Origin: an uncultured Alphaproteobacteria bacterium
GTDB lineage: Bacteria; Pseudomonadota; Alphaproteobacteria; HIMB59
DNA length: 64,000 nucleotides
Direction: 5' to 3'
Assembly: GCA_902583235.1 (NCBI GenBank)
Contig: CACHVL010000002.1
Location: forward strand, 44,435-108,434
Positions 10,772 to 18,814 of this stretch are shown here, piece after piece. The notes under the pieces are model-generated. The model worked only from the letters and a program-made list of their open reading frames with translations, had not been told where the DNA came from and searched no databases. The translations under genes were made by a program, and so were the position numbers. The stretch's first letter is position 1. Each line of letters begins with the position of its first letter.

Positions 10772-11764
10772 ATGAAAAAATTTATGAATTCAGCAGATGA
10801 CTTTTTAAAGGAGAGCCTACAAGGTTTTGGTGCTGCACACCAAGACATTGTTAGTTGTCATTACGATCCCAACTTCATCACCAGAGCCACTCCCACAAAA
10901 GAGGGAAAAGTAGCTTTGATAAGTGGAGGAGGTAGTGGTCACGAGCCGATGCATGGTGGATTAGTTGGACACGGAATGCTCGATGCAGCTTGCCCAGGAT
11001 TTGTATTCTCATCACCGACACCAGATCAAATGTTAGCTGCTGCTGAAAAAGTAGATAGTGGAGCAGGTGTCCTTTTTATTGTTAAAAATTACTCAGGTGA
11101 CGTTATGAATTTTCAAATGGCTGCTGAAATGATGCAAGGCCCCAATGAGTCTGTATTAACAAATGATGATGTTGCTGTTGAAGACTCTTCATTCACAACT
11201 GGTAGAAGAGGAGTTGCTGCGACTGTTGTTGTTGAAAAAATAGTTGGTTCTTTAGCAGAGCATGGAGGTAGTTTAAATGAGTGTAAAGCTTTAGGAGATA
11301 AGGTGAATAAAAATTCAGGATCTATGGGAGTTGCCTTCTCAAGCTGTACAGTCCCAGCAGCAGGAAAACCAAACTTTGATATTGGTGATAATGAAATGGA
11401 ATTTGGGGTAGGAATTCATGGTGAGCCTGGAAGAAGAAGAGATAAAATGAAATCTGCTCAAGAAATTACAAATGAATTATTGGAAGCAATTAATGAGGAT
11501 TTAAAACCCGAGGCTAACGAAAAAATATTATTATTTGTAAATGGTATGGGTGGAACTCCTCTAACAGAGTTATACCTAATTTATGATAATGCTAAAAATA
11601 TGTTAGATAAAAAAAATATAAAGATTTCAAGGTCTTTGGTTGGAAATTATTGTACTTCTCTTGAAATGCAAGGAGCTTCAATTACCCTTACTAAACTAGA
11701 TGAAGAACTTGTAAAGCATTGGGATTCAAATGTTCACACCGCTGCGATGCGTTGGGGAATGTAA
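10772..11764 (+). CDS. dhaK: Dihydroxyacetone kinase substrate-binding subunit DhaK
   Basis: SGGGSGHEP, KNYSGDVMNF, GRRGVA, GVGIHGEPG, GNYCTSLEMQG. Confidence 0.95.
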   Translation: MKKFMNSADDFLKESLQGFGAAHQDIVSCHYDPNFITRATPTKEGKVALISGGGSGHEPMHGGLVGHGMLDAACPGFVFSSPTPDQMLAAAEKVDSGAGVLFIVKNYSGDVMNFQMAAEMMQGPNESVLTNDDVAVEDSSFTTGRRGVAATVVVEKIVGSLAEHGGSLNECKALGDKVNKNSGSMGVAFSSCTVPAAGKPNFDIGDNEMEFGVGIHGEPGRRRDKMKSAQEITNELLEAINEDLKPEANEKILLFVNGMGGTPLTELYLIYDNAKNMLDKKNIKISRSLVGNYCTSLEMQGASITLTKLDEELVKHWDSNVHTAAMRWGM

Positions 11765-11831
11765 TAAAAGTTCATAAAATTTAAATAATTAATTCAAACA
11801 ATTTTCATAATTGGAACTGAAAATTCTAATT

Positions 11832-13622
11832 ATGTTTAAATATATTTTTAAAGGAATTCCCTTTTTACTCTTACTAATACCAAATTTGGTATTAGCAGAA
11901 AAATTAACCATTTTACATATCAACGACCATCATTCTCACTTAGAAGCTAACAGCAGAATGGGTTTGGATTTAGATGGTGAGTCAACTAGGACAAAATCAG
12001 GTGGGTTCCCCGCTGTTGTAACTAAGATAAAAGAACTGAGATCGGAAAACCCAAACTCACTCACTCTTCATGCTGGAGACGCAACGAATGGTACGCTGTA
12101 TTTCACTTTATTTGAAGGTGAAGCAGACGCAGCTTTAATGAATGTAGTATGTTTTGATGCCTTCGTGGTGGGTAATCACGAATTTAATAATGGCGATCAA
12201 GGATTGGTAACGTTTCTTGACTACCTCAATGAGGGAAATTGTCAAACACCTGTTCTCGGAGCTAACGTTCAACCTGAAGTCGGTATTTCTCCTTTAGCCA
12301 AATCATCTAGGGATGATTACATCCAGCCTTACACCATCGTTGAGCGCAACGGAGAGAAAATTGGAATTATTGGTATTGTTATCTCTAAAAAAACTAAGAT
12401 GTCCTCTAATCCTGATGACAACACAATGTTTTTAGATGAAGTATCAACAGCCCAAAAATATACTGATGAACTCAATTCTCAAGGGGTGGATCGAGTTATT
12501 TTACTCTCTCACTTTGGATATGAGAACGACCTAGCACTCGCCCAAAAGACATCTGGTATCGATATTATTGTTGGGGGTGACTCTCATAGTCTATTAGGTG
12601 ACTTAAGTGACTTAGGATTAAAACCTAATGGTTCTTATCCGACCATGGTTAATGACGCCTCTGGCAACGATGTTTGTGTGGTAACTGCTTGGGAGTACTC
12701 TCAAATCGTAGGAGAACTTCACGCCGAATTTGACGGTCAGGGTAACATTACTTCCTGTATGGGAACGCCACATATGATGCTTGCTGACTCGTTTAAAAGA
12801 AAGAACGCAGATGGTGAAAGAGTAGAAATTGAGGAGGGGTACCGTGATGCTGTTTACAGTGTGATTAAAGTGAACCCATCCTTATCCATCGTTGAGCCAG
12901 ATGCGGACGCCCAAGCTCTACTAGCTGGTTATTCCTCTAAAATCGATGAATTTAGCTCTAAGATCATTGGAAGTGTGAGTGAGGATCTTTGTTTAGAGAG
13001 AATTCCAGGTCAAGGAAAATCTAAAATGTGTGATCCGTCAAAAACAGCAAAGAATGGATCGGATATCTCAAATATCGTCGCCCAAGCATTTAGAGAAATG
13101 TCAAACTTAAGTGACATTGCTATACAAAATGGAGGTGGTACACGTGTAGACGTTGCAGCGGGTGATTATACCCTAGGGGATGCTTACACACTTTTACCTT
13201 TTAACAACACTATTGTAGAATTATCAATGACAGGTCAAGAAGTTAAAAATGTTCTTGAAGATGCTCTGGACTACGCTCTTTCTCCTGATGGCTCTACCGG
13301 TGCATATCCATATGCTGCGGGTCTACGATGGGATGTCGACTCCTCAAAAGCAAAGGGGGATCGAATTTCTAACTTAGAATTTAAGGGTAGATCAGATAGC
13401 TCTTGGTCATCACTGAATATGTCTCAAATGTATACAGTGGCGACGAATAATTATATTTCCAGTGGAAAAGATGGATACCTAACTTTTGGTGATATATCGA
13501 AAGAAGGACGAGTTGTGGATACCTATCTAGGTTACGCACAGTCTTTTGTCGACTACGTTAAGAAAGTAGGAACAATTAAGAAACTTCCTCTATCCGAGTA
13601 TTCTACTCAATCTTTTAAGTAA
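11832..13622 (+). CDS. Periplasmic 5'-nucleotidase / NAD nucleotidase (NadN/UshA family)
   Basis: Signal peptide; metallophosphoesterase motifs HINDHHSH, HAGD, GNHEF, LSHFG, GGDSHS; C-terminal QNGGG, LPFNN, GKDGY. Confidence 0.9.
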   Translation: MFKYIFKGIPFLLLLIPNLVLAEKLTILHINDHHSHLEANSRMGLDLDGESTRTKSGGFPAVVTKIKELRSENPNSLTLHAGDATNGTLYFTLFEGEADAALMNVVCFDAFVVGNHEFNNGDQGLVTFLDYLNEGNCQTPVLGANVQPEVGISPLAKSSRDDYIQPYTIVERNGEKIGIIGIVISKKTKMSSNPDDNTMFLDEVSTAQKYTDELNSQGVDRVILLSHFGYENDLALAQKTSGIDIIVGGDSHSLLGDLSDLGLKPNGSYPTMVNDASGNDVCVVTAWEYSQIVGELHAEFDGQGNITSCMGTPHMMLADSFKRKNADGERVEIEEGYRDAVYSVIKVNPSLSIVEPDADAQALLAGYSSKIDEFSSKIIGSVSEDLCLERIPGQGKSKMCDPSKTAKNGSDISNIVAQAFREMSNLSDIAIQNGGGTRVDVAAGDYTLGDAYTLLPFNNTIVELSMTGQEVKNVLEDALDYALSPDGSTGAYPYAAGLRWDVDSSKAKGDRISNLEFKGRSDSSWSSLNMSQMYTVATNNYISSGKDGYLTFGDISKEGRVVDTYLGYAQSFVDYVKKVGTIKKLPLSEYSTQSFK

Positions 13623-13632
13623 TTTTTAAAAA

Positions 13633-13661
13633 AAAAGCCTGTGATAATTTCACAGGCTTTT
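13633..13661. terminator. Bidirectional rho-independent terminator
   Basis: AAAAGCCTGTGA-taatt-TCACAGGCTTTT, a perfect 12-bp inverted repeat between convergent genes. Confidence 0.85.
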
Positions 13662-13674
13662 ATATATAATTTAC

Positions 13675-14013
13675 TTAGTTGGTAGTCTTTAATTCTGTGG
13701 CGCCAGTTTCAGATCTCCACAAAAGACCATCTTTTTTCAAACTCACCATCAATAAGGCTTCTTTGTCGCCCGATTTATATGTATTAAATGAATGCGTCAC
13801 TAAGATATCATCATTCTCATATATACATCTGTGATTCTCTTGGACTAAGACCTCCATGAACTCTTTAAATTCCTCATCTGGCAAGTCGTCTGCGCGAGTT
13901 ATTACTTTACCTGAAGAATGAAAAACAAACTGCCAATCATCATGAAAACATTCTCTATGTCCCTTTACATCTTTATTTATCCATGTTTCTCTCATTTTTG
14001 CATATAAAGTCAT
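13675..14013 (-). CDS. SnoaL/NTF2-like small protein
   Basis: 112 aa; W...D...FHDDWQF pattern typical of the NTF2-like fold; SD AAGGAG. Confidence 0.6.
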   Translation of the reverse strand: MTLYAKMRETWINKDVKGHRECFHDDWQFVFHSSGKVITRADDLPDEEFKEFMEVLVQENHRCIYENDDILVTHSFNTYKSGDKEALLMVSLKKDGLLWRSETGATELKTTN

Positions 14014-14036
14014 AATTATTCTCCTTTTATGTTTAT

Positions 14037-14321
14037 TTAATTTTGATGATTTAAGGTTACTTGACCCACAAATGTTTCAACTGAAACCCTATTATCTTTA
14101 TTAGTGTCTAGTCTTTTTTCCCTTGCTGCATCTGCATCTTTCATAGCTTTCTCATCAGGATAAATCGTAACTGCCATCAAAGTATCATCGCTAATTCGCA
14201 CACCAATCAATTGACTCGCTTGCGGAAATTCAGATGGTGCATTCTGCGTATATCCTTCTGACTGTTTGTCAGCAGCCTCTTTTGAAGCCATTTTAACAGT
14301 TGTTATTCTTGCTATACTCAT
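14037..14321 (-). CDS. Hypothetical protein, probable dimeric alpha-beta barrel (ABM-like)
   Basis: 94 aa; strong SD AGGAGG; beta-alpha-beta-beta-alpha-beta pattern with VTIYPD motif. Confidence 0.55.
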   Translation of the reverse strand: MSIARITTVKMASKEAADKQSEGYTQNAPSEFPQASQLIGVRISDDTLMAVTIYPDEKAMKDADAAREKRLDTNKDNRVSVETFVGQVTLNHQN

Positions 14322-14502
14322 TTAAAGCTCCTCCTTTATCTTGAACTGAATTATCTAACTAATATTTCAATATTACATTCTCATATCACTTTTACTAAAT
14401 ATTTAATTTCATGATTAACTTGAGCATTTTGCATATCATAAAGTTATAATTATAATTATACTCTAACATATTAAGTTATTTCTATATGAAAGGAGTAGAT
14501 TT

Positions 14503-15039
14503 ATGAGAATTAACAAAGGTGATAAAATAGAAGATATAGAATTACCTGACTCTTACGGAAACATCTTTAAACTTTCTAGTACAAAAGGTAAAAAAGTATT
14601 ATTAACTTTTTATAGACACGCTTCTTGTGCTGTGTGTAATTTAAGAATTAACGAGTTTGTAAAAAAATATCAAGAATTTGGAAATAACTTTACAATGGTA
14701 GGGATTTTTCATGCACCAGTTGATTTTTTAAAGAAAAATATGGATAGACATAATTTGCCATTTACTGTTCTTGCAGATGAAAGTTTCAAATATTTTATAA
14801 AGTATGATGTTGAGAGATCTTACGGAAAACTTTTTTCTGCTTTTATTTTTAAAGTTCATAAATTTTTTTTAGCAGGAATAAAAGGTTATTTACCTGTTCA
14901 GTTTAAAGGGTATGTAGATATTGTTCCAGTTGATGTTCTAATTAACGAGAATGGGGTCGTTGAGGATGTGTATTATGGAAAAAGTGATATTGCTGATCAC
15001 ATGCCTTTCGATAAAATTAAGGCTTTTTCAATAGCCTAA
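14503..15039 (+). CDS. AhpC/TSA-family redoxin (peroxiredoxin-like)
   Basis: LTFYRHASCAVCNL CxxC motif, LPFTVLAD, PVDVLINENG. Confidence 0.75.
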   Translation: MRINKGDKIEDIELPDSYGNIFKLSSTKGKKVLLTFYRHASCAVCNLRINEFVKKYQEFGNNFTMVGIFHAPVDFLKKNMDRHNLPFTVLADESFKYFIKYDVERSYGKLFSAFIFKVHKFFLAGIKGYLPVQFKGYVDIVPVDVLINENGVVEDVYYGKSDIADHMPFDKIKAFSIA

Positions 15040-15050
15040 AATTTTAATAA

Positions 15051-15260
15051 TCAGTTATAAAAATAGATTGCAAAACCAAGTATAAATATTCCTATCAGAA
15101 AATAACTAATTGCAGATTTTTTAAAATATATTTCCGATCTAAAAATAATATTAAAGATTTTGTATGATGCATAAACTATAAATGCAATAATTAATAAAGT
15201 TATTAGCCAAGTCCCTAAAAATTCTAGCGAAAAAAGTTTATCTAAAACACCTTCGTTCAT
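15051..15260 (-). CDS. Small membrane hypothetical protein
   Basis: 69 aa, two TM segments. Confidence 0.5.
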   Translation of the reverse strand: MNEGVLDKLFSLEFLGTWLITLLIIAFIVYASYKIFNIIFRSEIYFKKSAISYFLIGIFILGFAIYFYN

Positions 15261-15378
15261 TATAAAATAATATATTAATAAATTTTTGAACCAAGACCCT
15301 TTGCCGTGACAAAAAAGGATTATTTTAAATAAACAAATAAATTCTATTGATTAATTGTCTTTAGATTAACAAAGGTAA

Positions 15379-15454
15379 TGGTGGAGCCAAGGGGGATCGA
15401 ACCCCTGACCTCTACGCTGCCAGCGTAGCGCTCTCCCAGCTGAGCTATGGCCCC
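15379..15454 (-). tRNA. tRNA-Ala(GGC)
   Basis: GGGGCCA...TGGCTCC-A-CCA acceptor stem with G3:U70; anticodon arm CTACG-ctGGCag-CGTAG; TTCGATC T-loop; 76 nt. Confidence 0.98.
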
Positions 15455-15495
15455 AAGTCGATTTAGCGAGAGAACTCACCGATAATCTGACATTG

Positions 15496-15524
15496 ATTCT
15501 AGGAAATTAATGAATCCATAGCAA
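15496..15524 (-). promoter_or_regulatory. Sigma70 promoter of tRNA-Ala
   Basis: Minus strand TTGCTA (15524-19), N17, TAGAAT (15501-15496). Confidence 0.65.
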
Positions 15525-15539
15525 TATTTTTATTATTTT

Positions 15540-15620
15540 GTGATACCTCTAGCTAAGCAACTTGCAGAGAGGCTATATATACCTTATGTAAATGCAGTCA
15601 TGCTAAAAACTAAAATTTAG
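15540..15620 (+). pseudogene. Possible fragment of a P-loop (shikimate/NMP-type) kinase gene
   Basis: Translates VIPLAKQLAERLYIPYVNAV, resembling the helix-strand that follows GKT; the P-loop itself is absent. Confidence 0.3.
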
Positions 15621-15641
15621 TTTTGAAAGTACTTATAACTT

Positions 15642-16082
15642 TCATTCAGACTTTAATTTTGCTTGATCCTCTAAATATTGTGCAAGAAGTCTAGCATGTG
15701 CTCCTTTAGCTTCGGTAAATGCATCATCTATAATCTCACAAAAATGACTATTATAAATATAACCAAAAGTTTTTAACTCTAAGCTAGCTCTGTCTATATA
15801 AAAATAATTTCTTTCTGTTAAATCAGGTAAATCAAAATTAATATTCAAATCATCAACTGTATAATTTCCATCAAATTTATTTAATTCCGGACCTTTATCA
15901 GTCATTTTAATACGGAATGCATCTACTATATAATTTTCTCCCCCATATATTTTTAACCACCAAGCATGTCTATTAACAAGTGGATAGTCACCTATTTGAA
16001 CATGGGGTTCTAGTAAACAAAATAAACTTGTGTCTTTCTCTGGATGTGTGTCTCCCCAACTCAAAGTTGGGATTAATAACAA
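15642..16082 (-). CDS. Secreted hypothetical protein (two-Cys family); start codon uncertain
   Basis: Signal peptide ...ILLTILLLIPTLSWG extends upstream of the TTG with no in-frame ATG; LFC...IDR...C pattern. Confidence 0.6.
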   Translation of the reverse strand: MLLIPTLSWGDTHPEKDTSLFCLLEPHVQIGDYPLVNRHAWWLKIYGGENYIVDAFRIKMTDKGPELNKFDGNYTVDDLNINFDLPDLTERNYFYIDRASLELKTFGYIYNSHFCEIIDDAFTEAKGAHARLLAQYLEDQAKLKSE

Positions 16083-16178
16083 TATGGTTAAGAGGATTTC
16101 TTTAAACAGTTGGATTAGCCCCTTACTTAAATTGTGTCGAGTAGGTGGCTTTTTTCATGCTCCAACAATTTTATAAAA

Positions 16179-16547
16179 TTATTTTTTCATTGCGTTAAAC
16201 GCACTTAAAGTGTCATCATAGGCTACAAACTTAAACAACTTATCATCTTTTACTTCCATGTAGTGGCCAAAAAGTGTATCCATACCGTCAGCAGTTGCTT
16301 TTGCATTTACAAAAACTTTATCACCTTCGCTGATCATCGACTCTACGGTAAGATGAAAATTGCTCCAGAGCTCAGGGACTTTCATTAATAGTTGTTGATA
16401 TCCTTCTTTGTTATGAGTCCCTGAAAATGGGTGTTTATCACCTGGGTATACGAAAGTAAAATCGTCATGTACCAAATTCATGAAGCTTTCCATGTCACCT
16501 TTTGCAAAGAGGTCATAACCTTGTTGTACTAATTCTTTTGAGTCCAT
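16179..16547 (-). CDS. SnoaL/NTF2-like (ketosteroid isomerase-like) protein, copy 1
   Basis: YDLF..GDM, HDDF, SGTH, MISEGDKVFV, AYDDT; paralog at 17182. Confidence 0.8.
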   Translation of the reverse strand: MDSKELVQQGYDLFAKGDMESFMNLVHDDFTFVYPGDKHPFSGTHNKEGYQQLLMKVPELWSNFHLTVESMISEGDKVFVNAKATADGMDTLFGHYMEVKDDKLFKFVAYDDTLSAFNAMKK

Positions 16548-16666
16548 AATTTATCCTTCCCTATTAAAGTTTATAACATGTCACACAAAAATTAATTATT
16601 ACAAATAACTAATAAATAAATTAATAATTTTAATTAATAGATAAGTATAAATACAATCGAAGACAA

Positions 16667-16726
16667 CTAATTGTTCACCAAACTCAAACTAGGGATTAAT
16701 AACAATAGGGCTAAGAGAGTTTTCAT
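16667..16726 (-). pseudogene. Signal-peptide-only gene remnant
   Basis: MKTLLALLLLIPSLSLVNN*; DNA closely matches 16056-16094, the signal-peptide region of the 15642 ORF. Confidence 0.6.
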
Positions 16727-16750
16727 TTCTCAAAAACATCAGTAGCATCA

Positions 16751-17140
16751 CTAAATAAATTTTTCTTTTCTAATGTAACCCACTTTAGTTGTTTTAAAAT
16801 ATTTGAAAGGAACATTTAGATCTTCAATTGCTTTAATTGTTTCATCAGTAATATTGCCATAAACTTCTATTTCAAATTTATCTGCTATTTCTTGATGCTT
16901 TTCTACATAGTCTTGAACGGGAGGGTTGTTGATGTGATGTATCATCGCTTCACTTGTACGGTAGACTTCACTCCAAGTAAATTCTAAAGAGTCTGATGGA
17001 TCTTGATCAAAAGTATGAATTAGCATATCTGGTTCTGAAGCGTTAACAGCGTCGTCAGCTTCTTTTGCTATTTTGAGATATTCATCAACCTTTCCTTCTT
17101 TGACACGTATTCTAGCTATTAAAATAAAAGGATTAGACAT
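16751..17140 (-). CDS. Antibiotic biosynthesis monooxygenase (ABM) / quinol monooxygenase-like protein
   Basis: IARIRVKEGKVDEY, SEPDML, WSEVY...H ABM pattern. Confidence 0.75.
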   Translation of the reverse strand: MSNPFILIARIRVKEGKVDEYLKIAKEADDAVNASEPDMLIHTFDQDPSDSLEFTWSEVYRTSEAMIHHINNPPVQDYVEKHQEIADKFEIEVYGNITDETIKAIEDLNVPFKYFKTTKVGYIRKEKFI

Positions 17141-17181
17141 ATAGGGGGTTTTTTTTATAATCCAACAAATTTTTTATAAGA

Positions 17182-17550
17182 TTATTTTTTCATAGCATTG
17201 AACATACTTAAGGTGTCATCATAAGCTATAAACTTTGACATTTTACCATCTTTAACTTCCATGTAGTGTCCAAAAATTGTATCCATGCCATCAGCGGTAG
17301 CTTTTGTATTCACAAAAACTTTATCACCTTCGCTAATCATTGATTCTACCGTAACTTGAAGATTACTCCAGAGCTCAGGGATTTTCGTTAATGTGCCTTG
17401 AAAACTCTCTATGTTATGAGTTCCTGAAAATGGGTGTTTATCACCCGGGTATATGAAAACGAAATCGTCATGTAACATATTCATGAAACCTTCCATATCA
17501 CCTTTTCCAAAGAGGTCATAAACTTTTTGTACTATTTCTTTTGAGTCCAT
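17182..17550 (-). CDS. SnoaL/NTF2-like protein, copy 2
   Basis: Paralog of 16179-16547. Confidence 0.8.
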   Translation of the reverse strand: MDSKEIVQKVYDLFGKGDMEGFMNMLHDDFVFIYPGDKHPFSGTHNIESFQGTLTKIPELWSNLQVTVESMISEGDKVFVNTKATADGMDTIFGHYMEVKDGKMSKFIAYDDTLSMFNAMKK

Positions 17551-17579
17551 AATTTAACCTTTCCTATTCAAATCTATAC

Positions 17580-18050
17580 TCAGTCCGGCATAGTTATATT
17601 AATTTTTCCTGCGTATGTACCACCATGTAAGTGAGCACCTGTAACTTTCCATTCTGAGGTACCCTTAATACCCTCAAATTTACCAGTTCCGGCCTGAATA
17701 ATATTTTGTCCTCCACCTAGAGCTGGATTGAAACTTCCAGACAACATAAAAGTATCACCACTCATATCGGAAATATGACAATTTATGTTTACCCAGATAA
17801 GTGATGTGTCTTCGTTTAACATAGCTTTAGAAGTACAGTCAGATGATGTAAGTGATGGAAAAAATTCTGGTTGATTGGTGTATTGGACCACATGAACATC
17901 ACGAAAATCTGCTAACACTTTACCAGATGCTAAATTTTTTGTCACACTTGGCTCTGCTTCAAGCCAACTTCCCTCAAATTCAAAACTATATTCTGCTGAA
18001 ATAGAATTTGTTGCGTAAAGTAAAAAAATAGAAATAAAGAATTTTTTCAT
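17580..18050 (-). CDS. Secreted beta-rich hypothetical protein (dirigent/allene-oxide-cyclase-like)
   Basis: Signal peptide, two Cys, C-terminal AGTGKFEGIKG motif; SD AAGGAG. Confidence 0.55.
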   Translation of the reverse strand: MKKFFISIFLLYATNSISAEYSFEFEGSWLEAEPSVTKNLASGKVLADFRDVHVVQYTNQPEFFPSLTSSDCTSKAMLNEDTSLIWVNINCHISDMSGDTFMLSGSFNPALGGGQNIIQAGTGKFEGIKGTSEWKVTGAHLHGGTYAGKINITMPD

Positions 18051-18136
18051 TTTTAATCTCCTTTTTTAAATATTATAAAAAATTTATTAAATTTTGATTA
18101 ACTTCTTCAATGTTTTTATTGCATGATAACCATGTA

Positions 18137-18155
18137 CCAACTGAGCTATGGCCCC
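18137..18155 (-). repeat. Partial tRNA-Ala 5'-end copy (att-like scar)
   Basis: Minus strand GGGGCCATAGCTCAGTTGG versus tRNA GGGGCCATAGCTCAGCTGG, 18/19 identical, in AT-rich intergenic DNA. Confidence 0.85.
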
Positions 18156-18174
18156 GCTTTTAAAACGAGTATAG

Positions 18175-18429
18175 TTACATTTTTTCTAATTTATATACAA
18201 CATCTACGTTATTAAATTTGGCATCAAATTCTTTAGATCTCGGATCATCAAAAATTGCATAAAATTTCTCTTCATCTGTAACATTTGCAACAACTATGAC
18301 TTTTCCATCTCTAACAAAGCCCATTTCAAATCCATCCGTAAACTTCGCAATATCATCCTTAAATGATTCATATAATTTTAAATAATCTTCCTTCGTCCCA
18401 TCAAAGGTGGATACAACACATATATTCAT
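18175..18429 (-). CDS. Small hypothetical protein (ferredoxin-like/DUF3764-like fold)
   Basis: 84 aa; SD AAGGAG; beta-alpha-beta-beta-alpha-beta pattern. Confidence 0.55.
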   Translation of the reverse strand: MNICVVSTFDGTKEDYLKLYESFKDDIAKFTDGFEMGFVRDGKVIVVANVTDEEKFYAIFDDPRSKEFDAKFNNVDVVYKLEKM

Positions 18430-18499
18430 TTTATTTTTCTCCTTTATTTTATTATAAATTAGTTTTATGAATGTTAAATTAAAACTTAAGGAGGAATAT

Positions 18500-18769
18500 A
18501 TGAAAATAATTATAAGTGCAAAAATAACCGAAGGTTATCCAAAGTGGAGAGACGCTTTTGTTAGCGCAGATGGTTTAAGAGAGAAACATGGTTTGAAAGT
18601 TTTAGCTTGGGGTCATCCTAAAGGTGATGAAAATAAGGTTTACCAAGTTGTTGAAGTCGAGTCGATGGAGAAAATGCAAGAGGCTATTAAAGATCCAGAA
18701 ATTGAAAATCTAAGATCAAATGCAGGTGTTGATTTTGAATCTCAAGAAGTAATTGTCTTGGAAGAGTAG
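18500..18769 (+). CDS. DUF3764-like / cyclase-like small protein
   Basis: Y.KW...F......R...G and LRSNAGV motifs; SD AAGGAGG before ATG 18500. Confidence 0.6.
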   Translation: MKIIISAKITEGYPKWRDAFVSADGLREKHGLKVLAWGHPKGDENKVYQVVEVESMEKMQEAIKDPEIENLRSNAGVDFESQEVIVLEE

Positions 18770-18814
18770 AATTGTAAAAAAATTGATCATAATAATTTTT
18801 GATTAGCAATTATT

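Larger units (their letters stand above)
16141..17580 (-). repeat. Imperfect direct duplication, about 16141-16577 versus about 17141-17580
   Basis: Similarity covers both CDSs (96/122 identical aa by manual count) plus about 40 bp downstream and 30 bp upstream. Confidence 0.9.
15455..18155. mobile_element. Putative tRNA-Ala-anchored island remnant (cargo only, no integrase)
   Basis: Bounded by the full tRNA and a direct repeat of its 5' end at 18137-18155; contains a duplicated gene and gene fragments. Confidence 0.55.

Noticed and set aside
14344-14354. AACTGAATTAT, resembling the tRNA D-arm remnant
   Set aside because: Only a 9/11 match, and on the other side of the tRNA; not significant
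14445-14460. TATAATTATAATTATA palindromic repeat in a divergent promoter region
   Set aside because: Low-complexity AT sequence; may just be overlapping -10 boxes
15298-15318. Possible terminator downstream of tRNA-Ala
   Set aside because: Weak, bulged stem with a very small loop and no clear U-tract
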